Virus record (IMG/VR): IMGVR_UViG_3300002461_000876
DNA from: a virus
Strand: one strand, 5' to 3'
DNA length: 29,456 nucleotides
In this document: in pieces, positions 8,247 through 17,149 of the stretch
Numbering within the stretch: position 1 is the first letter of the stretch
How the letters are laid out: each line of letters opens with the position of its first letter
Notes under the pieces: model-generated
Database searches by the model: none
Told to the model about the DNA's origin: nothing
The model's input: the letters and a program-made list of their open reading frames with translations, nothing else
Position numbers and translations under genes: made by a program

Positions 8247-8444
8247 TCAGGATCCTTCCGACTCGAATCTCGATGTCTCCGCGATGTACCGCTGGAGTTT
8301 CTCCCAGAGCACGTCGCTGACCACGTCGCCGCGACGAAGCTTCTCCGCCGCCTCATCGAGAGCCTCTTGCTTCGAACGCCCCGCATCGATCGCCGTCGTG
8401 ATGATCGACGCGATCGACTTCCCGATCTCTTCGATGGTGCTCAT
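8247..8444 (-). CDS. Small hypothetical protein (65 aa)
   Basis: MSTIEEIGKS...; ATGA overlap with the upstream lipoprotein gene. Confidence 0.7.
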   Translation of the reverse strand: MSTIEEIGKSIASIITTAIDAGRSKQEALDEAAEKLRRGDVVSDVLWEKLQRYIAETSRFESEGS

Positions 8445-8878
8445 CGTCCGAACGCCTCCGAGAGTGCAGAGAAGATCCCGAGTTCTCGAAGCGTGGAGGA
8501 GAGCGCGCTGACGCTTCTCGCCACCTGACTCCTGGCATCTTCGATCTCTTCGGGCGTCGCATCGCCCTTCTTGATCACGAAGTACAGCGTGGTCTGGGCC
8601 GTTCGAAGAATATCGACGGCTGTGGCCACCTTCTCTGCGGAGACGGAGTCGCAGGGGCGGAGGCAGGCCACTCTCTGCTCCTTGGTCTGCTTCCATCCCG
8701 CATCTGCTGCGTCGCGATCTTCATCGACGCATCGCGGACGAACGACGCTCTCGCAGTACTCGAGGTAGGAGTCTCCGATTCCATCCGCGGCGGTCTTCTG
8801 CAGGACAGCGAGCTCGGCAGGAGATGGACGGAACGATGCGCAGGAGACGAGCAGGAGTGTGGCGGTGATGGCTCTCAT
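8441..8878 (-). CDS. Putative lipoprotein
   Basis: Signal peptide with lipobox-like LLVSC. Confidence 0.7.
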   Translation of the reverse strand: MRAITATLLLVSCASFRPSPAELAVLQKTAADGIGDSYLEYCESVVRPRCVDEDRDAADAGWKQTKEQRVACLRPCDSVSAEKVATAVDILRTAQTTLYFVIKKGDATPEEIEDARSQVARSVSALSSTLRELGIFSALSEAFGR

Positions 8879-8896
8879 CGTTCGAGATCCTTCGCC

Positions 8897-9559
8897 TCAG
8901 ATCGCGTTGGCTCCGGCGATCATGTCCTCCCAGTTCCACGGATTGCCGTTGGCGTTCGAGAACGCCCACTGCATCGCGGTCCAGGTCTTCGGGCCGATGT
9001 ACCCGTCGGCGGTGAGCTTGCCGATCGGCTTGTTCATCGTCGTGACGAAGATGCCCCAGTTGTCCACCAGTGCGTTCCAGTCTTTCTGGAACTGTCGGAC
9101 CGCAGATCGACCGCTGGTCCCGGTGATCTTGTACGACGCCTGGTTCAGCTGACTGACCTCGGGCTTGTACCGACCGTCGCTGAGCTTGACGAGAGCCCAC
9201 CCGACGCTGCCCTCGTTGGGGTACGTGGACTGGTTCGGCCAGACCCAGCCTCCGCCGATCACGTCGGAGGGAACCGTGCTTCCGCCGCCACCGCCACCGC
9301 CGCCACCGCCACCACCACCGCCGCCACCGCCACCGCCGCCACCGCCGGGTTCGACCGGCTCGACGGGCCCTGTGGGAGGAAGCGTCTTCTTCTTCTTCTT
9401 GATCGCGGATGCCGCGGCGACGCCGATGCCCAAGGTGAGGGCTGCGGCTCCGGCAGCGAGCGCCCACACCGTCGTGGTGGGGTTCACGATCATTCGGAGA
9501 GGGTTCGGAAAAATGCCGTGACGGCGTGAACGATGGGTTCGGGTTCGGCGTCGAGCCAT
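8897..9559 (-). CDS. Membrane-anchored protein with poly-Gly linker and peptidoglycan-binding-like domain
   Basis: Arg-rich N-terminus, TM segment, KKKKK, about 22 Gly, then AVRQFQ...LTADGYIGPKTWTAM resembling PG_binding_1. Confidence 0.8.
   Translation of the reverse strand: MARRRTRTHRSRRHGIFPNPLRMIVNPTTTVWALAAGAAALTLGIGVAAASAIKKKKKTLPPTGPVEPVEPGGGGGGGGGGGGGGGGGGGGGGSTVPSDVIGGGWVWPNQSTYPNEGSVGWALVKLSDGRYKPEVSQLNQASYKITGTSGRSAVRQFQKDWNALVDNWGIFVTTMNKPIGKLTADGYIGPKTWTAMQWAFSNANGNPWNWEDMIAGANAI
9281..9346 (-). repeat. GGC/GGT trinucleotide tract encoding about 22 Gly
   Basis: Run of gcc/acc triplets on the + strand. Confidence 0.95.
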
Positions 9560-9674
9560 GCCCAGGACCCTACCAAAACAAGGGCCAAGGTGTGAAAAGT
9601 AGAGGATTGCTCCCTAGAGGCGCCTGAGAGCCGTTTTTCGCGTGCGAATCGATGGCAGTGCTAGGGTAACGGCC
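9560..9674. promoter_or_regulatory. Divergent promoters with extended -10 boxes (TGnTAGGGT), each 7 nt before an ATG
   Basis: Minus strand TGG-TAGGGT (hexamer 9567-9572) before ATG 9559; plus strand TGC-TAGGGT (hexamer 9662-9667) before ATG 9675. Confidence 0.65.
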
Positions 9675-10067
9675 ATGGAATCCGACCGCGAGAAGTACCG
9701 CCGCAACCTGATCCTCGACCGAGATCTTGCCTCCAGGGTCATGGACTGGAACGAAGGTCAGGGGTCGGAGCTGTATTCGTTCGCTTCGTCCGGCATGAAC
9801 GACTACGTCTCTCAGTCGATGATCGAGCGCGCGATCGATGAGCTGTCCAGGCTCGAGCGCCGTGCTGATCGGAAGGGCAAGAAGGAGATTGGTGAGCTCA
9901 TCGGAGAGCTTCAGTCGGTGCTCTTCTCGCCGTACGAGCACTCGACCAAGGCGGCGACGGGGGAGGATGACGACTCGGGATACGATGACCGAGGCCTCGG
10001 CATGGTCGAGAACCCTTCGTCTTCGTCACGAGCACGTGAACTCGCGAGGCGTCTCGCGAATCCTTGA
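9675..10067 (+). CDS. Hypothetical protein ending in ENP...LANP
   Basis: Protein-like composition; start re-assigned to ATG 9675 after the TAGGGT box. Confidence 0.75.
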   Translation: MESDREKYRRNLILDRDLASRVMDWNEGQGSELYSFASSGMNDYVSQSMIERAIDELSRLERRADRKGKKEIGELIGELQSVLFSPYEHSTKAATGEDDDSGYDDRGLGMVENPSSSSRARELARRLANP

Positions 10068-10162
10068 CGACATTCCTTGCGCAGGATTCGTCCGAAAGAT
10101 CATCGATCGAAGCGTTGGTCACGTCGTGCTCTACCGACGAGATCAGGTGGTAAGATCTACGT

Positions 10163-10540
10163 GTGACCGAGCCGAGGATTTCTGATCTTCTTGTCTCGAT
10201 CGAGGCGCACCACGATTCCCTCGTCGAGCACTCCGGCGACTATGCCCTGATGCACGCCGAGATACTCGAGACGTCAAGCGCGATCCGATCCGCTGCATCG
10301 ATCGACCAAGCTGCGTTCCGGAAGATGGGCCTGGGTTCCGTTGCGGAGCGCATCGAGCAGATCGCGTCACGTGCTGAAATGATCGCTGGCCGTCTCGCAT
10401 CTGGGCTCGAGAGGCTCTCTTCGATCCTCCAGGCTGCGGAGGATACCGTCCCTGACATGCGCCGATCGGATCTCGGATTGCCAGACGGTCCGGCCGACGA
10501 GGAGTCTGGTCCTGTTGTCGTCGACCCCGATCCGGGCTAG
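10163..10540 (+). CDS. Hypothetical helical protein
   Basis: Protein-like composition; TGG-TAAGAT box 6 nt upstream of the GTG. Confidence 0.7.
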   Translation: MTEPRISDLLVSIEAHHDSLVEHSGDYALMHAEILETSSAIRSAASIDQAAFRKMGLGSVAERIEQIASRAEMIAGRLASGLERLSSILQAAEDTVPDMRRSDLGLPDGPADEESGPVVVDPDPG

Positions 10541-10980
10541 ATGCTCGCGCCGGTGAGGCGCATCCACGCGTCTCTCAGCAAGCGGGTCGCTGTATCTACC
10601 GACAGCATCTTGTTCGGACACCCGAGCGCGTTGACGAAGAGCGAAGCCATCTGCGTCGACCTCGAGCTCAGCTCGTCCGGGCCGATCTGATCGGCGCCGT
10701 CGACCTTCCCCCACATCGGCAGGAACACGTCGGTCACGAGAAGGTCCTGCTCCATCGCAGAAAGGTTCTGCGGTCTCAGACACATCGCTTGAAGCGCAGC
10801 TCGTACCGGGAGATTCGAGATCGGTGGCGTCGGCGTCGACGTTCCCTCCGGACCAAGTTGTGGTTTCTCGTCCTTCCGACGAATCAAGATCGCAGAGACT
10901 GTGGCTCCGATCGCGACTGTGGCGGCGGCGATGATGCCGTAGATCTTCTGCTTGCGGGTGAGATTCCGAGCCATGTTCAT
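10537..10980 (-). CDS. Membrane-anchored hypothetical protein
   Basis: Basic N-terminus plus TM segment IYGIIAAATVAIGATVSAILI. Confidence 0.75.
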   Translation of the reverse strand: MNMARNLTRKQKIYGIIAAATVAIGATVSAILIRRKDEKPQLGPEGTSTPTPPISNLPVRAALQAMCLRPQNLSAMEQDLLVTDVFLPMWGKVDGADQIGPDELSSRSTQMASLFVNALGCPNKMLSVDTATRLLRDAWMRLTGASI

Positions 10981-12761
10981 CCTCGCTTCGATCGGCGACG
11001 CAGCCGAGACCTGGTAGCTGTGATGGTACGACGTACATCGTCGGAGAACCAGAACATCAGGCCGGCGATGCTGGCCAGACCTGCGGCTGTCGCAACGCCG
11101 AGCATGATGTTGCTTCTCCGGGCTCTTGGCCCGGGTCCAACGAGCGATCCCCCTGGAATAGGAAGGCCGAGCCCTCCGGTGGGCGGGGCGACCTCGACGC
11201 CAACCGCCGGGGCTGCGGTGAGGCCCATGTGGTTCTTGGTCCCCCCGCCTGCCTTCTCGATCTGGTCTCGGTAGACCGGATCGAGAACGTCCTCGAGGCG
11301 AACCTCGTACTTCTGACTGCTCTCGAGGATCCTTCTCCGAGCCTTGACTGCGTGTTCTCGCATCGACTTGCTTCGCATCGATCCGAGGACGTTGGGTTGG
11401 TTCAGTGGATCAGCATCGACTCCGCCTTCGAATGGCAGGTAGGCGGCAAGCGTTGTGTTGTCGAGGTACCAGAGCTGAGCCGTGAGAAGCTTGTTGAGCG
11501 CTGGGAAGATCACGTTCCTGGCAGCGTTGGATTCGTTCCAGGAGTCGTAGTCCTTGTCCTTGAGCTTCCCCTCTCGCATCGGTCTCCAGGAGAGGAGGTT
11601 GATCTGCCCGTTGAGACCGACCGTGTAGTTTCCGACGAGGTCTTGCAATGCGTTCTCCCAGAGACCGCATCCCCATCCGATCGTGTGGTTGCCCTTGCCT
11701 TGCCACGGAATCTCGTGCCAGTACCTGTCCACGCCGGCCCAGATGGAATCGAAGTAGTCGTTCCACTGCTCGCTGAGCTCGAGCGCGTTCAGTGTATACA
11801 GGGAGGCGCCTCGCTGGAAGATGAACTGCCAGAGCGATGCACATCCCTGCGACGTGACAGGGTAGAAGGTTCCGACGTCGATCGTGGAGACCTTGCCAGA
11901 GCTTCCGCATCTCGGATCGTACAGCGTGGGGTGATCTGACGTGTAGCCAACCGGTGCCTCGAGGGTGGTCTGTTGGATCACGCTGTAGATCAGCTGGCCG
12001 CCAGGGATGAACCCGAGGCCTCCGCCTTCGATGAAGGTTCCATCTGCGGTAAACGAGTTGTCGTTGGTGACCCTTGGGACCTTCCCGTCTCCCAGGGCCC
12101 AGGCGAGGACATTCCTCTCCTGCTCATCGACGCGCACCTGCATCGACAGGTCGCCCTTGAACCTCGGCATGAAGATCGGGTTCCAGTCGAGACCTGCACG
12201 CATGACAGAACGGACCGCGTCGTTGAACTGCGACGTGTCCGTATCTCTCGAGTACTCCTGTGTCGGGATCTTCCCCGTCGGGGCGACGCCTTGGCTGTCC
12301 GCCCACGCACCTCCGAGCCAAGCTCCGAACTGGATGATCGCCGCGGCGATCTGCGTGTAGATGTTGGGAACAGCGCTGAGCGCCTTTCCGGCGATCCCAA
12401 TCGCGGTCGTGAGTGCCTCATCTCTGACCTTGAGAGCGTTCAAGGAACTGACGATCGTGTCGAACGCCCGAAGCGAACTCCGTGTCACGTCCAAGAATGG
12501 AGCGAGTACACCGGCACGAGACGCGATCTCGTAGACGATGTACTGCTGCTGACGCAGAAGGTTTCGCAGGGATCGATCCGCGATCGCCACCGCGAGCTTA
12601 TGAGGAGGGATCGCGAGGTTCCCGAGCACTAGACCCGGATCCAACAGCGCGTTGTCGAGGAGCTCGTCCGACGGGCTCATTGGCTGGAACGGATCGGCCG
12701 GGTTGAAGGCCGGATCGACGAACCTCTTGAGCGGATTCGGACTGTTGATGTCCAAGAGCAC
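10977..12761 (-). CDS. Large C-terminally membrane-anchored protein (putative virion or entry protein)
   Basis: Probable GTG start at 12761, just after the upstream stop; internal hydrophobic stretch; C-terminal TM segment and Arg-rich tail. Confidence 0.75.
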   Translation of the reverse strand: MLLDINSPNPLKRFVDPAFNPADPFQPMSPSDELLDNALLDPGLVLGNLAIPPHKLAVAIADRSLRNLLRQQQYIVYEIASRAGVLAPFLDVTRSSLRAFDTIVSSLNALKVRDEALTTAIGIAGKALSAVPNIYTQIAAAIIQFGAWLGGAWADSQGVAPTGKIPTQEYSRDTDTSQFNDAVRSVMRAGLDWNPIFMPRFKGDLSMQVRVDEQERNVLAWALGDGKVPRVTNDNSFTADGTFIEGGGLGFIPGGQLIYSVIQQTTLEAPVGYTSDHPTLYDPRCGSSGKVSTIDVGTFYPVTSQGCASLWQFIFQRGASLYTLNALELSEQWNDYFDSIWAGVDRYWHEIPWQGKGNHTIGWGCGLWENALQDLVGNYTVGLNGQINLLSWRPMREGKLKDKDYDSWNESNAARNVIFPALNKLLTAQLWYLDNTTLAAYLPFEGGVDADPLNQPNVLGSMRSKSMREHAVKARRRILESSQKYEVRLEDVLDPVYRDQIEKAGGGTKNHMGLTAAPAVGVEVAPPTGGLGLPIPGGSLVGPGPRARRSNIMLGVATAAGLASIAGLMFWFSDDVRRTITATRSRLRRRSKRG

Positions 12762-12763
12762 AG

Positions 12764-13060
12764 TTACCCTCGAGTTTCGTTCGCGTCGCTGTCCGATTCG
12801 CCATCCGACTCGACTGGCTCGGACGACTCGGAGAAGCGAGCATGAATGATGCCGTTGACGATTCTTCGCATGGAGAGGCGTGCGCCTGCGCCGAACGCCG
12901 CCATGATGCCCATGGACTGCTGGTTCAATCCAACCCATCCCTGAGCAACAGCAACTCCCCATGTCGTTCCGATCACGATCATGGCGAAGTCGAGTCCGTC
13001 CTCTACGATCGTGAGGTAGGTCTGGATCTTCTTGGGGCTGATCTTCTTCTCGGTGCTCAT
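12764..13060 (-). CDS. Small two-TM membrane protein, holin-like
   Basis: 98 aa, two hydrophobic segments, charged C-terminus. Confidence 0.55.
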   Translation of the reverse strand: MSTEKKISPKKIQTYLTIVEDGLDFAMIVIGTTWGVAVAQGWVGLNQQSMGIMAAFGAGARLSMRRIVNGIIHARFSESSEPVESDGESDSDANETRG

Positions 13061-13620
13061 CTCTGTTCTCCGGACTTGTCTTCGATGGGTGGTGGGGTAC
13101 GGATGCCTTCGTGACGATTGAGGTTCTCGATCATGACCTCGATCCGGGTGAGCCGGTTGGATTGACGGATCACCTCCTCGATGTCTGACTTTTTCGAGCC
13201 TTCGATCTCACCGATCCTGCTCTCGACCGACTTGAATCTCTTCTCGTCGGCGTCCTGCTGGTACTGCCTCTGGATCCTCATCTCGTTCATGGTTCTGTCG
13301 TTCGACACCCACCATGCCCCGATCGTGACGACTAGGGTCGAGGCCACCGAGATCAGAATCGAGTACCTCTTGAACCAAGGCTCCGGAGCGCTCGGCTCCG
13401 CCATCGCCTTGATCGACTGATCCTGAGCCCGGACGATCTTGATCAGGCTGGCGAGCTGGACCTGCATCTTGTGCAGATCCGACGAAGCCTCCATGTCCGC
13501 GGCTAGTTTTCGAAGCTGCTCGTTCGGAGGCGGACTCATCTTGTTCACCAACCTACCACCGCTGACGCAGGAGAGCGTCGTGTAGCCGTGGACGAGTTGA
13601 AGAGCGACGTCAGGCATCAC
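13057..13620 (-). CDS. Single-TM coiled-coil protein (start may be ATG 13539)
   Basis: TM segment SILISVASTLVVTIGAWWV followed by a heptad-like region. Confidence 0.7.
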   Translation of the reverse strand: MMPDVALQLVHGYTTLSCVSGGRLVNKMSPPPNEQLRKLAADMEASSDLHKMQVQLASLIKIVRAQDQSIKAMAEPSAPEPWFKRYSILISVASTLVVTIGAWWVSNDRTMNEMRIQRQYQQDADEKRFKSVESRIGEIEGSKKSDIEEVIRQSNRLTRIEVMIENLNRHEGIRTPPPIEDKSGEQR

Positions 13621-13671
13621 ACTGGCCTTTCGATCGTACGGCGCGTCAGATGCACTGGTTCGTACATCGGA

Positions 13672-14352
13672 TCACTTCGCAGCACGTTCTAGCTGCTTCG
13701 AGTTCTCCCTCTTCTTCTTCGACCTCCGTTTCCCCTTCCTCTTCTTCGGGTTCTCCGTGACCTTCTTCGGCGATCTTCGGATCACGACTGCGATCGCTGT
13801 CGTGGCCGATACCGCAACGACGAAGCCTCCGACGACGAGCGTCCACTTCAACCAGCTCGGCATCTTCTCCGCCTTCAGCTCGAACTTCGTCGGATCTCCC
13901 GTCGAGCCCGGGGCTGCCGGAGGCTCGGACTTGTACCGGGCCGCTGCGACATCCACGAGCTCCATCAGACACAGCGCGTCTTGGACGACCTTCTTGGCGT
14001 CTTCGATGGAATCTTTCCACGGATAGACCGGAGGAGTGACCGACCACCATGGAAGCGGTTCGACCAACGCCTGGTACTTCTCGGTCATCGAGTTGTTCAG
14101 GGGGACGAGCTGATTCCACTCCGGGTAGCTTCCTCCGACCGCGGAGTCGGTATCGCATCCGTATCCCCCGGTTGCCTCGCACTCGATCTTCCCCAGCCAG
14201 TTGAGGTTGTCGTTGGCGCTGGCCGATAGCCTCTGCGCCAGATCGAACCACTCCTCGTAGTCCGAACTCGTCGCCATGATCCCGTACGGCTGCTCGAGGG
14301 TGAGGCCAGATTCTGTGACGGCGAGGTGCCGATACTTGTCTCCACACGTCAT
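13672..14352 (-). CDS. C-terminally anchored membrane protein, paralog A
   Basis: Start MTCGDKY at 14352, chosen by alignment with its neighbour; TM segment plus a basic ENP-containing tail. Confidence 0.8.
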   Translation of the reverse strand: MTCGDKYRHLAVTESGLTLEQPYGIMATSSDYEEWFDLAQRLSASANDNLNWLGKIECEATGGYGCDTDSAVGGSYPEWNQLVPLNNSMTEKYQALVEPLPWWSVTPPVYPWKDSIEDAKKVVQDALCLMELVDVAAARYKSEPPAAPGSTGDPTKFELKAEKMPSWLKWTLVVGGFVVAVSATTAIAVVIRRSPKKVTENPKKRKGKRRSKKKRENSKQLERAAK

Positions 14353-14903
14353 GTCCGGATTCCTTCTCGATGCTTCGATGACTTGAGTCGCTTGCGACCA
14401 GGGTTCTGCCTCGGAGATTTCTTGGCGACCTTGACGATCAGTGCCGTGGCTACCAGCGTCGCACCGATGATCCCGGCACCGATCACGGACCACTTGAGCC
14501 AAGGCGGGGCAGGTGATGGCTTGTCGAGATCCGGGGAAGGGGTGACGCTTGGCGTCACCGGAACTTCTCCTCCGTACGAGACGATGACACGCTGGGCATC
14601 TCCGATCTCATCGGCCCAGCTCCATCCTCCGAAGTACAGGAGCCCTGAGGGGAGCTCGTGGAACTTGAAGACCATCCGGTTCTTGATCTCGACCAGGGCG
14701 TTCCACTTCGTGAACACGCCGGCCTTCTCTCCCTCGATCACCCCGAGCGCGTCGAAGCGAGAGACCGCCGTCTTGACCAAGTGATCCGCGAGGTCGTACC
14801 ACTCCTCGTAGTCGGAGTCCGTCGCAACGTTCCCGTACGGCTGCGACAGGTTCAGGCCTGAGGCCGTGACGATCAGTCTCTTGTACTTTTCTCCGCAGGG
14901 CAT
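14349..14903 (-). CDS. C-terminally anchored membrane protein, paralog B
   Basis: Start MPCGEKY at 14903; shares QPYG..AT.SDYEEW.DLA and P.WLKW with paralog A. Confidence 0.8.
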   Translation of the reverse strand: MPCGEKYKRLIVTASGLNLSQPYGNVATDSDYEEWYDLADHLVKTAVSRFDALGVIEGEKAGVFTKWNALVEIKNRMVFKFHELPSGLLYFGGWSWADEIGDAQRVIVSYGGEVPVTPSVTPSPDLDKPSPAPPWLKWSVIGAGIIGATLVATALIVKVAKKSPRQNPGRKRLKSSKHREGIRT

Positions 14904-15032
14904 GGGTCCTCTTGGTACGAGGCGGGGACGAACCCCGGACCCTGTGGACCCTACCAAAACGCTACGCCAAGTCTCGATTCTGCAAGAGATCGGCGAGTGC
15001 TGGCCGAAATCGAGCCCGTACGGACCTGAAAT

Positions 15033-16649
15033 CTACCCCTTGAGGAACCACGGCTGGGGCTTGTCCAGTGCCTGCGGGGACTCACGGAAGATCTCGTAGT
15101 ACTGGCGCTCGACGAACCGAGGATCGAACTTCTTCACCGCCGCCAGCTTCTTCAGGCGCGCCAGCTCCTGTCTCTTCTCGTTGATCCCGGCCGTCTGGGC
15201 CGCGTGACGGTTCACGACGTAGCTCGACTTCCCGCAGTCTCGGCACTTGACCTGGTACTGGAATATCGACGTCTTGCGCAGAGTGACCTTCGTTCCTCTG
15301 CATCCCTGGCACGTGTACTTCTGGATCTTCTCGTATGGAACCAGGTCACCGTCGACCTCGGAGACGACGCCTCGGAACAGCTGAGCCTGCTTCGCGTCGC
15401 AGAACGAGCACTTCTCTTTCGAAGCAGCTCTGAGCGCTCCGCACTTGTCGCACGAGACGAGCGGGATCGGGACGTTCTCCTCTTCCTTCGCCTTCTTCCG
15501 ATCTTCGAGAGACCAGTTGCGAGTTTCAGTGGGCTCTCCGTGCTCGAGGATCGAACCGGCGTGATCGAGAACGATCCCGTGCGTCATTCCTTCATGCAGT
15601 CGCATCACGCGTCCGATGCACTGCATGACTCTGGTGAGAGACTTCGTGGGTCGCAACAGGATCACTGCGCCGAGGGATGGCATGTCCCATCCCTCCGTGC
15701 AGATATCGACGTTGCACAGCACGGTGATCTCTCCAGACGCGAGCTTCTCGAACGCCGCCTTTCGCTTCATCTTCGGCGTCGATCCGTCGACATGCTCGGC
15801 TGGGATCCCTGCCTCGTTGAATCGAGAGGCAACCTCGAGAGAGTCCCGGACCGACGCGCAGAAAGCGACCGTCTTCAGACCAGGTGCCAGGCGCTTCCAG
15901 TTCTCGACGACCTTGCCGACCCGCTTCGCGTCGGATCCGAGCCTCTTGTCGAGCTCCTCCGCCGCATAGTCTCCGGCGGAGATCGAGACGCCGCTCAGAT
16001 CAGGCATGTCTGGGGCGAAGATCTTCAGTGGAAGGAGCCAGCCTTGATCGATCAGCTGCTGCATCTCTGCGATCACAACGATCGAGGTGAACATCGATCC
16101 AAGTCCCCGACCATCCAGTCTCCACGGCGTGGCGGTGAGACCAACGATCCTGGCCTGAGGATAGGTCTCGATCAGATCGGTGTAGGATGGACTCAAGACC
16201 CGATGGGTCTCATCCAGGACGATGAGCTCGACATCGGGGAGAGCCCTGGACCGAACCTTTCCGGTTCCCTTGCATGACTCGCACGCCGGGGCATCGTCCT
16301 CCTTCTTCACTGCCTTGCATGAGGGGCACATCTTCCTCGACGCCAAGGTCTGGATCGACGCCACGATGACAGGGCTGTCGAGCCCGTAGCTGTGACGCCC
16401 CTGGAGCCGACCGTGCTGGATCTCGTTGAAGGCAAGCGCTGCGCAGATCTGGGCGATCAGCTCTTCTCGATGAGCGATGAACATCGCCCGTTTCCCCTTC
16501 TTGACGCATGCTTCGATCAACATGATCGCCTGCACCGTCTTGCCTGCACCGGTCGGAGCGACGGCGACGATCTTGGTGTGACCTTCCATGGCCGCCGCAC
16601 GGATCGCGGCATGGCCTCGGACTTGGAAGTCTCTGGGCTCGTGCTTCAA
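15033..16649 (-). CDS. Superfamily 2 DExH helicase (phage SSL2/RadD-like) with zinc fingers
   Basis: APTGAGKT, AHREEL, LDETH, GLTATP, TEGWD, QCIGRVMR, DHAG; several CxxC pairs. Confidence 0.95.
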   Translation of the reverse strand: MKHEPRDFQVRGHAAIRAAAMEGHTKIVAVAPTGAGKTVQAIMLIEACVKKGKRAMFIAHREELIAQICAALAFNEIQHGRLQGRHSYGLDSPVIVASIQTLASRKMCPSCKAVKKEDDAPACESCKGTGKVRSRALPDVELIVLDETHRVLSPSYTDLIETYPQARIVGLTATPWRLDGRGLGSMFTSIVVIAEMQQLIDQGWLLPLKIFAPDMPDLSGVSISAGDYAAEELDKRLGSDAKRVGKVVENWKRLAPGLKTVAFCASVRDSLEVASRFNEAGIPAEHVDGSTPKMKRKAAFEKLASGEITVLCNVDICTEGWDMPSLGAVILLRPTKSLTRVMQCIGRVMRLHEGMTHGIVLDHAGSILEHGEPTETRNWSLEDRKKAKEEENVPIPLVSCDKCGALRAASKEKCSFCDAKQAQLFRGVVSEVDGDLVPYEKIQKYTCQGCRGTKVTLRKTSIFQYQVKCRDCGKSSYVVNRHAAQTAGINEKRQELARLKKLAAVKKFDPRFVERQYYEIFRESPQALDKPQPWFLKG

Positions 16650-17149
16650 CTCAGTCCCCAGTCGAGCATGGCCATGGAGAGCAGCCGCTTGCGAAGCAGC
16701 TCGGTTCCAGGAACCCGATCAGGGTGACAAGGCGCGATGTTGAACGCCTCTCCATCCCTGGTCCATCCGGAACAAGCACGATGATCGAAGCTGCGAAAGA
16801 AGATCGACTTATCCCTGACGGTGTAGTTCCGAGGAGGACGGAATCCGTTCTCGAACGCGGACTTCAGTCCCCACAGCATCCCTTCTGAGACGCCTCGGTC
16901 GAGATAGAAGACCCACGCCTCGAGACGGATCGCGATGGCGAGACCGGTTCGTATGCCCAGTGATCGGTGGTGGAGATCCGAGTCGTTGAGGAGCTTGGGG
17001 TAGAGGATGTGGGATAGAAACGGGGCCTCTCCTCGCTCCATGCAGTCCGTCATGCATCGCTCGGCGTACCGAACGTTCTCTTCCTCTTGATCTGAGTCCC
17101 CTTTGAAAGGGGACTCCACGACCATGGTGAGTGGAATCTTCTCAGGCAT
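16646..17149 (-). CDS. Conserved phage protein of the ESP(Y/F)xGD...GEAPFxSH family
   Basis: VVESPFKGD...NVRYAERC...RGEAPFLSHILYP...DRGVSEGM, a recurrent phage DUF pattern recalled from memory. Confidence 0.7.
   Translation of the reverse strand: MPEKIPLTMVVESPFKGDSDQEEENVRYAERCMTDCMERGEAPFLSHILYPKLLNDSDLHHRSLGIRTGLAIAIRLEAWVFYLDRGVSEGMLWGLKSAFENGFRPPRNYTVRDKSIFFRSFDHRACSGWTRDGEAFNIAPCHPDRVPGTELLRKRLLSMAMLDWGLS

Noticed and set aside
12762-12962. Extended N-termini in the ORF track (starts 12962, 14502, 14957, 8386, 8696)
   Set aside because: They overlap upstream genes or promoter regions; downstream starts fit coupling, promoter boxes or paralog alignment better.
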